64,000 nucleotides of DNA, taken from positions 30,812-94,811 of the forward strand of contig CAVOKP010000006.1 of the NCBI GenBank assembly GCA_963696535.1, given 5' to 3'. Made by a program: the position numbers and the translations under genes. Position 1 is the first letter of the stretch, and each line of letters starts with the position of its first letter. This DNA is from an uncultured Bacteroidales bacterium (lineage in GTDB: Bacteria; Bacteroidota; Bacteroidia; Bacteroidales; VadinHA17). Positions 34,167-44,169 of this stretch are shown piece by piece. The notes beneath the pieces were generated by a model, which made no database searches, had not been told where the DNA came from, and saw nothing but the letters and a program-made list of their open reading frames with translations.

Positions 34167-37142
34167 TTATTTTAATTTCAGCGGATTCAGCATGTCAAGC
34201 TTGAATACAAACCGGATCCTCTCCCTGAACGATCCGGTTATTGATTCGATATTATGTGAAACAATCAGGGGGATAAAGATTTCAAAGAAGTTCCATATCC
34301 CGGCCTTTACTCCGGCCTCATAAAAAAGCGGCGACTTATAGGCTGTTTCAGTGCCATGATCGTTAAGCAGAATGTTAACAAAAGGCTTTAAAGGGATCAG
34401 TGAGGATTTCCCGGGTAAGCTGCTTGTAATGGAGAGTGAAACAAGCCAGCGGCTGTACCCAAGTGCATCGTTTACCGGAGATACCAATCCGCCTTCAGAC
34501 AGGTCCATCTGCCTCGACCAGAAGCTTTTTGCAGATTCACCAAAGCGGTCGGGATATAATCCCTGAAACAGGTATTGTTCACTGCCCTTCCTCCCACTTG
34601 CAGAAAATGAATAAAAGGGATATTCAGAGTCATTCTTCAGCATTGCACCGGTAAAGAATCTGATACCGAAGCCCCTGTTTTTGCCATAGTAACTTAACGT
34701 ATAATTAAAATCCAGGGATGTCTTGTGATATGATTTTCCTGATTCCGATGAAACGACCAGATTGAATGGATTGATAATGCCTGGTCTCTCCAGATTATAG
34801 CCTAACTGAATGAATGAATTCATTTTTGCCGGAACCAGAAGTTCGATCTGCCTGAGGTCCGACGCAGTCAGCCAGTATCCGAAAATCTTGTGGTACAATG
34901 GATTAACATAATCATGCGGCCTGAATCCAATGTCCACTCCTATTCTTGCTTTCCTGTAATTCTGATTGCCGGGAGCTCCGAATTGTTCTCCCTCTGCCGT
35001 AAAAGTTGCAATCCTTATCAGGTTGTCAAAGGGTGTTATATTAAATGATATTTTTCCAAAACCGGTAAGTCCCTGATTACGAAATGTGTAGAATGGAATA
35101 AATAAATATTCCACTGGTTTGGGAATTAATGTGCCGTTATTCAGTATCAAACCTGCCATAAATCCGTCGGAGCTGTTCCAGTCAAATGCAGGGATATAAA
35201 CCAGGGATCTTGTGTCGGGCTCCTCAATTGTGTAAAGGAAACGCAACCGGAGAGGATCGGCTTTCCGGCAAACTCCTGATGAACGGAAGTTGTTGTTAAG
35301 CCTGTACAATTCGGTCATAGTGTGTTCCGGATCGATTTTTATTTCTGAGTTTTTACTCAATGGGATATTTATCCATTTCTTTCCTTCGAATCCATCTTCC
35401 CAGTATTCTGAGGAGGTCGAATACCCGGTTTTTACATTTATAACCAGGGGAGCATTCAGCTCACCCTTATTCCTGATAAGCAATTTCTGGTCATCGGAAC
35501 GGACGATTTTATAATCGAGGCGTTTGGTTGTTCCGAGGAAATCGTCAAAGAACCAATCGAGATTTTCAGGGGTATTTTCTTCAAAGAGACTCCTCAGATC
35601 TTCAGGCCCCGGATGCTTGTTTTGCCATTTGCTGAAGTAGTCGTGCATTATTGAGTCAAAAAGGGGATCACCCAGCCAGGCTCGCAGGTAATTGAATCCC
35701 TGTGAGGCTTTATTGTAGATTATACTACCGTAATTATCGAAGCTGTAATCAGTGGCTGCAAGGTTTGCGGGCTGTTCAAGGTTTCTGCGGGCGGGGACAA
35801 GCCATTCTAGCTCCTGAATCCGTTGAACCGGAATATCATCGATGCCAAAAAATCTGGCCAGTTTACTGTTTCTGAATCCAATCTCCCATAGTTTTTTATC
35901 CGGATATTTTTCATTAAGATATCTTGACTCATAGGCACTGGCGAGGCTTTCATCCATAAAGGGGAACCGCCGTTCGTCAGAACCAAGTGCGCTGTAAAAC
36001 CAGCTGTGGCAGATTTCATGGGCTATCACCTGATCGAGCAGGTATGGATCTCCGGCCATGCCGATGACTGTCAGACCCGGATATTCCATACCTGCCCCGG
36101 AATTCAGAGGACTCTGAATTGCGGTGAATGTGTTATAGGGATACTCCCCTATCCATTTTGAGAAATACCCGATAGCGCTGTTTACGTATGAGACGGCATT
36201 CTTCCAGAGATATGCTTCCTGATCAGTGAACATCACCCAGGTTGTCACCTCCCTGTCAGATTGGGGAAGGACCACTTTTCCCTTTCTGACATTGAATCTC
36301 TTGTCTGCAAACCAGGCGAAATCATGGACATTATTCTCTGTATATCGCAGTGTTTTCATATTCTCAGAAGATGGAGGGAACTCAGATAGTCCGTAGTATC
36401 TTGTTCTTTTCCATAAGGTATCAGTCGAATACAGATCAAGAATTACCTTCTCCTCTTCATTCAGCAGGTTGCCTGTTGCTCCAACGACATAATTGGCCGG
36501 CAAAGTAATGCTTACGTCAAAACTGCCGAATTCCGAATAAAACTCCGCCTGATCGAGATATGGCATCTGGTGCCAGCCTGATCTGTCATAAACTGCGGGT
36601 TTGGGATACCACTGGGAGATCTGGTATGATTCTCCAATATGGCCTAACCGTGAAGTAACTCCCTTTGGGATTTTTACATGAAACGGAGTTGTTACGCATA
36701 CCGTATCGCCAGGCAGAAGTGGCCTGGCAAGAATGATCCTGCAAATATCAATGGATTCCGGCAACAAGTTCCACTTAACCTGAACAGTCTCAATCTTAAA
36801 ATCCAATGAATCAATGTATCCCATTAATTCAGGATCATCAAACAATTTCTCCTTCCCCTTCATGCTGAATACTTGTCGGGCCAATGCAGTTTTATTGTTT
36901 GAATATGCATTCGGCCAGAGATGAAAATACAGGAACCCCAGAGTATCGGGAGAATTATTAATGTACTCAACCTCTTCGAATCCGTTCAGTCGATGGTTCT
37001 TATCATCGAGAGTTACCTGAATATTATAATTAACCTCCTGCTGGAAATAATCCTGGGGCAGCACATTCATAAACGGCCATAGAAAGATCAGACTACCATA
37101 CAGGCATTTTAAGAAAATACTCCTTAAAAAGAATTTTGGCAT
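34167..37142 (-). CDS. M1 family metallopeptidase with a long C-terminal beta-rich (barrel-like) extension
   Basis: 991 aa with a signal peptide, a GAMEN-like GAGMEYPG and HEXXH (VIAHEICHSWFY). The last ~390 aa have alternating hydrophobic beta-strand character. Confidence 0.75.
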   Translation of the reverse strand: MPKFFLRSIFLKCLYGSLIFLWPFMNVLPQDYFQQEVNYNIQVTLDDKNHRLNGFEEVEYINNSPDTLGFLYFHLWPNAYSNNKTALARQVFSMKGKEKLFDDPELMGYIDSLDFKIETVQVKWNLLPESIDICRIILARPLLPGDTVCVTTPFHVKIPKGVTSRLGHIGESYQISQWYPKPAVYDRSGWHQMPYLDQAEFYSEFGSFDVSITLPANYVVGATGNLLNEEEKVILDLYSTDTLWKRTRYYGLSEFPPSSENMKTLRYTENNVHDFAWFADKRFNVRKGKVVLPQSDREVTTWVMFTDQEAYLWKNAVSYVNSAIGYFSKWIGEYPYNTFTAIQSPLNSGAGMEYPGLTVIGMAGDPYLLDQVIAHEICHSWFYSALGSDERRFPFMDESLASAYESRYLNEKYPDKKLWEIGFRNSKLARFFGIDDIPVQRIQELEWLVPARRNLEQPANLAATDYSFDNYGSIIYNKASQGFNYLRAWLGDPLFDSIMHDYFSKWQNKHPGPEDLRSLFEENTPENLDWFFDDFLGTTKRLDYKIVRSDDQKLLIRNKGELNAPLVINVKTGYSTSSEYWEDGFEGKKWINIPLSKNSEIKIDPEHTMTELYRLNNNFRSSGVCRKADPLRLRFLYTIEEPDTRSLVYIPAFDWNSSDGFMAGLILNNGTLIPKPVEYLFIPFYTFRNQGLTGFGKISFNITPFDNLIRIATFTAEGEQFGAPGNQNYRKARIGVDIGFRPHDYVNPLYHKIFGYWLTASDLRQIELLVPAKMNSFIQLGYNLERPGIINPFNLVVSSESGKSYHKTSLDFNYTLSYYGKNRGFGIRFFTGAMLKNDSEYPFYSFSASGRKGSEQYLFQGLYPDRFGESAKSFWSRQMDLSEGGLVSPVNDALGYSRWLVSLSITSSLPGKSSLIPLKPFVNILLNDHGTETAYKSPLFYEAGVKAGIWNFFEIFIPLIVSHNIESITGSFRERIRFVFKLDMLNPLKLK

Positions 37143-37337
37143 AACAGCACAGCTTTTTGTTTTGGCCGCGTATTCGAAGATGATGCGAAGATACTGGAAA
37201 TGAATGTATGGTACGCGTCGGTCAAATCAAATCTCTTAAAACTACCATAAGTCAATTCTTAAAAGTCATTATGAAGCAAAGAAGCGAACAAAGCATTGAC
37301 TTTATTGTTTAGAATTATATAACTTAAAACCATAAAT

Positions 37338-37589
37338 ATGAGCTCAGGAAAAGTATTGCTAGGATTGCTTGCCGGGGTTGCTACCGGTGCATTGCTGGGG
37401 ATTCTGTTTGCCCCGGACAAGGGTTCCGTTACCCGCGATAAGATGTCTAAAAAGGCAAAGGATTATGGAGATGGATTGAAAGAAAAATTCAATGAATTTG
37501 TTGACGACATCTCCGAAAAATTTGAAGAGATAAAGGAAGATGTTTCTGAATTCAAGGAGCCGAAGAAGTCGAAAACAGAATCGACTTAG
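37338..37589 (+). CDS. YtxH domain protein
   Basis: 83 aa, with N-terminus GKVLLGLLAGVATGALLGILFAPDKG followed by a charged helix. Confidence 0.75.
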   Translation: MSSGKVLLGLLAGVATGALLGILFAPDKGSVTRDKMSKKAKDYGDGLKEKFNEFVDDISEKFEEIKEDVSEFKEPKKSKTEST

Positions 37590-37619
37590 AAGTTTAAGAA
37601 ACTGCCACAGGATTAACAA

Positions 37620-37961
37620 ATGGAAGAAAACTCAAGGCTATTCGAATCGATTCTGGACAGAACTACCGAATACGGAAAGACCACTTTCGAGCTTGTAAAG
37701 CTCAAGACCATCGATAAAGCAACAGAGGTTGTTTCGTCGCTCTTTCCAAATTCCGTTGTATTTATCATGGTTGTAGTATTCATGTTCTTTTTGAATTTTG
37801 GACTGGCTTTATGGCTCGGGGAGATCCTGGGTAAAGTTTTTTTCGGATTCTTTGTTGTAGCTGGTTTTTATGGATTTCTCGGAATTGTTCTGCATTTGTT
37901 TATGCATAAATGGCTAAAGAAGGTTGCCGGTAATTTTTTCATCAAACAGATGCTAAAGTAG
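37620..37961 (+). CDS. Small two-TM membrane protein (holin-X / DUF1469-like suspected)
   Basis: 113 aa with two hydrophobic helices after an amphipathic N-terminus. It is tightly spaced after the YtxH gene. Confidence 0.5.
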   Translation: MEENSRLFESILDRTTEYGKTTFELVKLKTIDKATEVVSSLFPNSVVFIMVVVFMFFLNFGLALWLGEILGKVFFGFFVVAGFYGFLGIVLHLFMHKWLKKVAGNFFIKQMLK

Positions 37962-37967
37962 AATCCC

Positions 37968-38348
37968 ATGCAGAATATAACATCCATTGAAGAGCTTAAA
38001 AATGCAATTCAATCGTTGGAAGCTGAGCAGGCTGCCAGAATAAACCTTCTTAAAGAACAGTTCTATGCAACTGCCAAAAGTTTCAAACCTGCTAACATTA
38101 TCGCGAGCACTTTGAAAGGGATTGAGAAGTCACCATATCTTATTGAAAATATTCTGGGAGCTGCCGTGGGTCTCGTAACAGGATTCTATTCGAACAAATT
38201 AATCTTTAATCCGCGGGGCAATAAAATAAAAAAGCTTCTTGGTGTTATCCTGCAGATTGGAGTTTCAAACCTGGTAGCCAGAAATCAGGCCACCCTCAGA
38301 ACTATTGGTCAGGTTATTTTTAAACATCTTACGCGTAAAAAAGAATGA
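37968..38348 (+). CDS. Hypothetical protein of the YtxH cluster
   Basis: 126-aa ORF starting 7 nt after the previous stop. I recognise no motif. Confidence 0.5.
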   Translation: MQNITSIEELKNAIQSLEAEQAARINLLKEQFYATAKSFKPANIIASTLKGIEKSPYLIENILGAAVGLVTGFYSNKLIFNPRGNKIKKLLGVILQIGVSNLVARNQATLRTIGQVIFKHLTRKKE

Positions 38349-38393
38349 TGAATTCAATAAATTAGTAAATTCGAAGAAATATCAATAGATGCC

Positions 38394-38513
38394 ATGAATA
38401 ACCTGTTAAGAGGCCTGATTTCAGGAATAGGAGCCTGGAAATTAGGCGGAGGCTGTTTAGGAACATTAGTAGTTTTCATAATTATATGGCTTATACTGGG
38501 GACCTGCAGCTAA
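38394..38513 (+). CDS. Candidate 39-aa membrane micro-protein
   Basis: Below the track cutoff. ATG at 38394 gives MNNLLRGLISGIGAWKLGGGCLGTLVVFIIIWLILGTCS followed by TAA. It has one clear TM helix and lies on the same strand as the cluster. Confidence 0.35.
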   Translation: MNNLLRGLISGIGAWKLGGGCLGTLVVFIIIWLILGTCS

Positions 38514-38638
38514 CTACCTGATTTCGGAATACCTTACAATTCGAATTGAAATCCAGTCATTCCTGACCGCAGAATCTTTGAACTGAGAATGGAAATTGAC
38601 CTTACCTATTTTCACCGCACAGACTTATTCTTAACCAG

Positions 38639-39601
38639 ATGCTCACGCGTTTGTATAATCCCGAAATTTTCCAGGGCAACCTGAAAAAGAAACACTATTT
38701 TGAGGGCTGGTATTTTAAACATGTCACACGTGATCAGTCCTGTACTTTTTCATTTATACCGGGAGTCTCCCTGGTTGAAAACGACCCCCATGCATTCATT
38801 CAGATCATGAATGGATTCACCCGCAGCACGGATTATATAAAATATCCGATTGAAGAGTTCACCTGGGATAAAAGGAAGCTCTTTCTAAAGGTTGGTTCCT
38901 CAACATTTACTGATAGAGGTATTATCCTTGACATTGAGAATGATAGCATAAAACTTGCCGGACAAATTGATTTCAGCAATGTGATCAGGTATCCAAAAAG
39001 CATTCTCGCTCCCGGAATTATGGGCTGGTATTCATTTATCCCCTTCATGGAATGCAATCATGGAATTGTCTCTGTAAATCACGATCTTAAGGGAGGGATT
39101 TCAGTTAACGGGAATAAAATCGATTTCACCGGGGGGAAAGGATATATAGAAAAGGACTGGGGAACCTCATTTCCCGAGGCATGGATATGGATACAGAGCA
39201 ATAATTTCAGGGAGCATGATACCTCCTTTTCATTTTCGATAGCAAAAATCCCCTGGATGGGAAAATTCTTTATCGGATTTATTGCTTTTTTGTATTTCGA
39301 TGGTAAGTTTTACCTGTTCAGTACTTATAATAAATCAGTTGTTTCAGAAATAAAGCATGATAAGGAAGCTGTTGAGATTACCGTCGGTAACAGGATGAAC
39401 ATTCTGAATATCAAGGTTATTAAAAATTCATTCGAAGAGCTTATTGCACCCGTTTCAGGCGAAATGTCGAGAACTATCAAAGAAAGCGTCGATTCGGAAG
39501 TTCATCTGAAATTACTTGATAAATCTGATAAACTTAAGTATGAAGGATCAGGGAAAAGCGTTGGTCTGGAAATTATCGAAAAGATTTTCGATTATGTTTG
39601 A
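38639..39601 (+). CDS. Tocopherol cyclase-like family protein (tentative)
   Basis: 320 aa. The N-terminal HYFEGWYFKH motif and overall size recall bacterial tocopherol-cyclase-family proteins. The assignment is from memory only. Confidence 0.45.
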   Translation: MLTRLYNPEIFQGNLKKKHYFEGWYFKHVTRDQSCTFSFIPGVSLVENDPHAFIQIMNGFTRSTDYIKYPIEEFTWDKRKLFLKVGSSTFTDRGIILDIENDSIKLAGQIDFSNVIRYPKSILAPGIMGWYSFIPFMECNHGIVSVNHDLKGGISVNGNKIDFTGGKGYIEKDWGTSFPEAWIWIQSNNFREHDTSFSFSIAKIPWMGKFFIGFIAFLYFDGKFYLFSTYNKSVVSEIKHDKEAVEITVGNRMNILNIKVIKNSFEELIAPVSGEMSRTIKESVDSEVHLKLLDKSDKLKYEGSGKSVGLEIIEKIFDYV

Positions 39602-39643
39602 TGTCTTATGCGGTTAAAAGCTTAATGTATTGAATTAGTGAAT

Positions 39644-39702
39644 CTTGGTGCCTTAGTGGTATTTTTTTGCCGCCAAGACGCAAAGGCACCAAGTTAAATC
39701 CC
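39644..39702. repeat. Hairpin module, copy 2 of the 34070 family (inverted)
   Basis: ttagtgaatcttggtgccttagtggtatttttttgccgccaagacgcaaaggcaccaag, with outer stem CTTGGTGCCTT/AAGGCACCAAG. Confidence 0.8.
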
Positions 39703-39764
39703 TCCGATTTGTAAAACCATCTAAAATTATTTACCTTTACTCTTAAATGAAATAAGATAAAATC

Positions 39765-40160
39765 ATGAAAAGTATTTTTCGTTTCAAGAACCTTTTCTGG
39801 CAAATGACCATGGTATTTATATTGGCTTCCATACAGATAACTTCATGTCAGACACCCAAAGACCAAGCATCGGCGATACCTGAGAATATTAACAAGATAT
39901 TGAAGGCTTCGTGCCTGGGTTGTCATGGGAGCGATGGCAGGTTATTAGCCCTGGCCAAGCTGAATTTATCAAAATGGGCTGAATTTACGGCTGCCGAAAA
40001 AGCAAATAAGGCCGCAGGCATCTGTTATGAGATGACCGAAGGGAAAATGCCGCCAAAATCAACAAGGAAATCAAATCCTGAAATGATTCCATCAGCAGAA
40101 CAAATCAAATTAGTATGTAACTGGGCTGAATCGCTGAAGCCGAAAGCTGAAGGAAAGTAG
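39765..40160 (+). CDS. Small secreted heme-binding (Haem_bd-like, CXXCH) protein
   Basis: 131 aa with a signal peptide, ILKASCLGCHG, and a distal Met in EGKMPP. Confidence 0.6.
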   Translation: MKSIFRFKNLFWQMTMVFILASIQITSCQTPKDQASAIPENINKILKASCLGCHGSDGRLLALAKLNLSKWAEFTAAEKANKAAGICYEMTEGKMPPKSTRKSNPEMIPSAEQIKLVCNWAESLKPKAEGK

Positions 40161-40170
40161 CAGCCGGATT

Positions 40171-40600
40171 TTATTTGTTAATCAGAAAATCATAAACCAT
40201 TTTACCTCCCACGAATCCTGTCAGCGACACAGAAATAAAACCCAGAGCGTAAAATCCGAAGGCTATCCATTTAAGCATGGTAGCCTCTTTCTTTCTGGCA
40301 ACCAGCCAGATCCGGAAGATTAAACCAATAACCATCACAATCATGGTTATCAATGCTCCCTTTTCGTGTTTTTCAAATAATCTCATAAAACCGCTGTCAA
40401 AAGGGTGGCTGGTAAAAAGCTGACCGCTGACCCATGCTGCTATTGCAGCCACTGTACCAAGTATCATAAGCCAAAATCCGGTCTTTGACAGACATTTCTC
40501 ACTTTTGAAGAAAAAGAGAGAGAATCTCGGCGATAAAACCTATAATAATCAGTGCAACCGGAAAGTGCACTATCATGGGGTGTATGTGTTCGGTATTCAT
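40171..40600 (-). pseudogene. DUF2231-like membrane protein, one frameshift at a homopolymer
   Basis: ORF 40171..40467 continues upstream in another frame. The ATG at 40600 gives MNTEHIHPMIVHFPVALIIIGFIAEILSLF, then a frame change at the A5/T5 run 40511-40515, then FFKSEKCLSKTGFWLMILGT... Confidence 0.65.
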
Positions 40601-40881
40601 AACGGTTAATTAAATATTATGTTATTAATCAGTACTTAAAGTGAACTAAAGTTTGGAGTGACTAAAGTTACAAAATCAAACGTTATTATCAGTTTTATAT
40701 CGAAATTGATATTGAAACTAATTTTCTGTAAATCTTGTAACATTTTGCCAAAATTCTGTAACAGTCAGTCGTGCGGTATTATTTAATTTTATTCCTGAAA
40801 TTGCAATGACAACAAATTCAAATTTCAGGTGAAAAAGATAATTCTTTTAGCAAGAATATTTACTCAAGGGGGCAAGATAAC

Positions 40882-41268
40882 ATGACTAATAAAATGGCTG
40901 TAGAGGCAGCACTTAACCGTGCCTGGAGATTCGAAAAGAGTCCGGAACTGACTCCTGATAAAACTGCAATAAATAAGAGCAGTGTGATCTCGCAGCTGAT
41001 ATTTGACATTTTTGGCGGTGAAATACTTAAAACACATAAGAGAAGAGGCTGGCATTTTTATAACCGTATCAATGGCGAACGTATCGATTTTACAAAACCT
41101 GAGGTAAAAGTATTTTCTCCTGATGAGCTCTTTGAAGACATTCCGGCAAGCATGAACGAGATTCATAATTTTTTTGAACAGGAGCAGTATCTGCCATTTT
41201 ATATGAGGTTTATAAGGGAATTCGAAGAAACCGTAGGTCTTGGGGACCGAAGGCTTCTTTCAACATGA
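40882..41268 (+). CDS. Hypothetical cytoplasmic protein (YunG-like suspected)
   Basis: 128-aa ORF with no signal peptide. It weakly recalls the YunG family (SQLIFDIFGGEI...HFYNRINGERIDFT). Confidence 0.45.
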   Translation: MTNKMAVEAALNRAWRFEKSPELTPDKTAINKSSVISQLIFDIFGGEILKTHKRRGWHFYNRINGERIDFTKPEVKVFSPDELFEDIPASMNEIHNFFEQEQYLPFYMRFIREFEETVGLGDRRLLST

Positions 41269-41463
41269 AGGGTTTTAGTTAATATATCCGACGGGATCTG
41301 GTTTTATGGTTTGGGTTAGAGGTAGATTCAATTAGGGGGAAAAGTCTTTCCAATATTCCGGAAAGACTTTTTTTATTTCATAGTAACTCACCCATTTAGG
41401 AAATATGGTAACATCTATAAAAGAACTTTTGGGTAACCCTTGAACAAGACTAAATAAAGAGTT

Positions 41464-41547
41464 AAAATCCGTGAGAATATCCGTGATATCTGTGTAATCC
41501 GTGGTAAAATCATTTAAAAAGGAATTCACCACGGAAATACACGGAAT
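41464..41547. repeat. CCGTG-periodic arm hairpin
   Basis: aaaatccgtgagaatatccgtgatatctgtgtaatccgtgg ... ccacggaaatacacggaat. Track ORF 41332..41532 is a translation of this element. Confidence 0.7.
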
Positions 41548-41622
41548 GAAAAAGGAAACTTAGAATCTGGTATTTAAAAAATAGCCTTAAATCAGAACAA
41601 CTGATCATCAATATCAGGATAT

Positions 41623-43419
41623 TTGCATGTTCCGAATAAAAATGGCAACAGTATGCAGGATGAGGAAAAGAAAGCAACGGGAAACGGTTTAAAAGAGCTG
41701 TTGAAACTATACCGGTTTCTTAAGCCCTATCGCTGGATTTTTTCGCTTGGGATGGTTTTCCTGCTGATATCCAGCGGGGCAAGCCTTTTATTCCCGAAAT
41801 ATCTCGGGAATATGGTGGATATCGCAAACAGCGAGGGGATCATAAGTGAGATAAGTCGGACGGGGCTCATTTTGCTTGCCATTGTGGTTGTTCAGGCTGT
41901 GTTTTCCTACTTCCGTACAAGGATCTTTGTGACCGTGACCGAGAAGACACTTGCATCGATCAGGCAGCATATTTACAATCATCTTATCAGGCTGCCCATG
42001 TCGTTTTTTTCCGAAAGAAGGGTGGGTGAGCTTAACAGCCGCATTTCGGCAGATATCTCCATACTTCAGCACTCACTTACTGAAACCCTTGCGGATCTCC
42101 TCTCCCAGATACTTGTCATCGCAGGTGCAATGACATTCATGATGATAAGCTCCTTTAAGCTTACCCTTTTCATGCTGGCTGTCGTACCTCCAATGGCGCT
42201 TCTGGCATTTTTTGCAGGAAGGGCCGTACGGCGGTATTCGAAAAAAGCCCAGTCCTATGTTGCTGAATCAAATACAATTGTGGAAGAGACGCTCCAGGGG
42301 ATACAGAATGTAAAAGCCTTTACAAATGAGTTATTTGAAATGAATCGTTACCGCGGCAAGACCAATGAAGTGGCCGATGCAGGCATTAAAGGCGGAAAAT
42401 ACCAGGCAGCCCTTTCTTTTATCGTCCTCGCATTCTTCATTGCAATGGGGCTCGTTATCTGGCGGGGAGCAATACTTATTGCGAAAGGGGAAATGGAGGC
42501 CGGCCAGCTCTTTTCATTTGTAATTTACTCGGGATTCATTGCAGGCAACATAGCCGGCATGGCAAGTGTTTATACAAGGCTCCAGAGGACAATCGGAGCA
42601 GCCGAAAAACTTTTGCTCATCCTTGATGAACCAACGGAAAAGCTTGACGACACATATGAACCTGACCCGTCAAACCTGCTTCACGGCAGGATAACTTTCA
42701 ACAATGTCGATTTCAGGTATCCATCGCGCGATGAAGTTACGGTATTGAAAAATGTTGCTTTCAGCATCGAACCCGGACAAGAGGTTGCTTTTGTGGGGCC
42801 GAGCGGAGCCGGAAAATCGACACTTGTGTCGCTTTTGCTAAAATTCTATGAACCCACAAGCGGAACGATACTGTTTGACGGCCGCGACAGCAGGAGTTTT
42901 CCCATAACCTCGGTCAGGAGTCAGATGGCGATTGTGATGCAGGATGTCTTCCTGTTTGGAGGAACAATAAGGGAAAACATTTCATATGGAAAGCCGGGTG
43001 CAGCCGAACAGGAGATAATCGATGCAGCCATCCGGGCAAATGCGTGGGATTTCATTCAATCGTTTCCCGACAGGCTCAATACGGTTGTCGGTGAGCGCGG
43101 AGTGCAGCTCTCGGGAGGCCAGCGCCAGCGTATTGCCATTGCCCGTGCAGTACTTAAAAATCCGGCAATACTGATTCTCGATGAAGCCACCTCCTCGCTC
43201 GATTCTGAATCGGAACGTCTTGTTCAGGAAGCTCTTGAAAAGCTGATGAAGGGAAGGACATCCGTTGTGATCGCCCACCGGCTGGCAACTGTCCGAAAAG
43301 CTGACAAGATCTTTGTCCTTGAAAGCGGCAGGATCGTCGAACAGGGAACACATGCGGAACTGCTTTCAAATGAGAATGGCCTTTACAAATCTCTTACCGA
43401 ACTCCAGTTTTCAAAATAA
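41623..43419 (+). CDS. ABC exporter, fused permease/ATPase (MsbA-like)
   Basis: 598 aa with a six-TM domain, Walker A GPSGAGKST, signature LSGGQRQRIAIARA and Walker B ILILDEATS. The start is possibly the internal MQDEEKK. Confidence 0.85.
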   Translation: MHVPNKNGNSMQDEEKKATGNGLKELLKLYRFLKPYRWIFSLGMVFLLISSGASLLFPKYLGNMVDIANSEGIISEISRTGLILLAIVVVQAVFSYFRTRIFVTVTEKTLASIRQHIYNHLIRLPMSFFSERRVGELNSRISADISILQHSLTETLADLLSQILVIAGAMTFMMISSFKLTLFMLAVVPPMALLAFFAGRAVRRYSKKAQSYVAESNTIVEETLQGIQNVKAFTNELFEMNRYRGKTNEVADAGIKGGKYQAALSFIVLAFFIAMGLVIWRGAILIAKGEMEAGQLFSFVIYSGFIAGNIAGMASVYTRLQRTIGAAEKLLLILDEPTEKLDDTYEPDPSNLLHGRITFNNVDFRYPSRDEVTVLKNVAFSIEPGQEVAFVGPSGAGKSTLVSLLLKFYEPTSGTILFDGRDSRSFPITSVRSQMAIVMQDVFLFGGTIRENISYGKPGAAEQEIIDAAIRANAWDFIQSFPDRLNTVVGERGVQLSGGQRQRIAIARAVLKNPAILILDEATSSLDSESERLVQEALEKLMKGRTSVVIAHRLATVRKADKIFVLESGRIVEQGTHAELLSNENGLYKSLTELQFSK

Positions 43420-43508
43420 AAACGACACACGACGCACGACAAGCGACTCATGGTGCTACATAAAACTTGATAATTGTTTTTCTTCCTGCACCGTTTCCCG
43501 GGCTTCGT

Positions 43509-43653
43509 GTGTCGTGTGCCTTGTGTCGTGTGCCTTGTGTCGTGTGCCTTGTGTCGTGTGCCTTGTGTCGTGTGCCTTGTGTCGTGTGCCTTGTGTCGTG
43601 TGCCTTGTGTCGTGTGCCTTGTGTCGTGTGCCTTGTGTCGTGTGCCTTGTGTC
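43509..43653. repeat. Perfect tandem repeat, 14-nt unit GTGTCGTGTGCCTT x10.4
   Basis: Units start at 43509 and then every 14 nt with no substitution. A partly complementary stretch, cgacacacgacgcacgacaagcgac, lies at about 43423-43447. Confidence 0.95.
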
Positions 43654-43716
43654 TATTACCTTTTTTATATCTTTATGAAAATTTCAATCCTGTCAAAATA
43701 AGAAAATCAAAAGGAC

Positions 43717-44166
43717 ATGTCACTTACCGAAAAAATTGCAGCTGATCTTATCACGGCAATGAAAGCAAAGGATAAAGTAAGCCTCGAGGCAATCAGGGCC
43801 GCAAAAACCGCCTTTCTCCTTGCTCATTCCGAAAAGGGCTCAGGCAGCGTACTTACCCCGGAAGAAGAAATTAAGATCATTCAAAAGCTTGTAAAACAAC
43901 GGAGGGAATCAGCCCAGATTTACAAGGATAACAACAGGCCCGATCTTTTTGAAAAAGAGACCACGGAAGCCGATGTTCTTGAGAAATATCTTCCTGCAAA
44001 AATGAGCGACGAGGAGCTTACGGAAAAAGTAAGGTCGATAATTGAACACGTCGGAGCAAAATCACCATCTGATCTGGGAAAGGTTATGGGGCAGGCAATG
44101 AAACAGCTTGCCGGTAAAGCCGACGGGAAAGAGATCTCCGCCAAAGTAAAACAATTGCTGGGATAA
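43717..44166 (+). CDS. GatB/YqeY domain protein
   Basis: 149 aa, with LTEKIAADLITAMKAKDK...LSEAIRAAKTA-type YqeY N-terminus and a C-terminal GKADGKEISAKVKQLL. Confidence 0.85.
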   Translation: MSLTEKIAADLITAMKAKDKVSLEAIRAAKTAFLLAHSEKGSGSVLTPEEEIKIIQKLVKQRRESAQIYKDNNRPDLFEKETTEADVLEKYLPAKMSDEELTEKVRSIIEHVGAKSPSDLGKVMGQAMKQLAGKADGKEISAKVKQLLG

Positions 44167-44169
44167 TGA

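Noticed and set aside
43313-43745. Cys/Val-rich ORFs (CRVPCVVCLVSCAL repeats)
   Set aside because: They are pure translations of the 14-nt tandem repeat in three frames. The repeat is intergenic.
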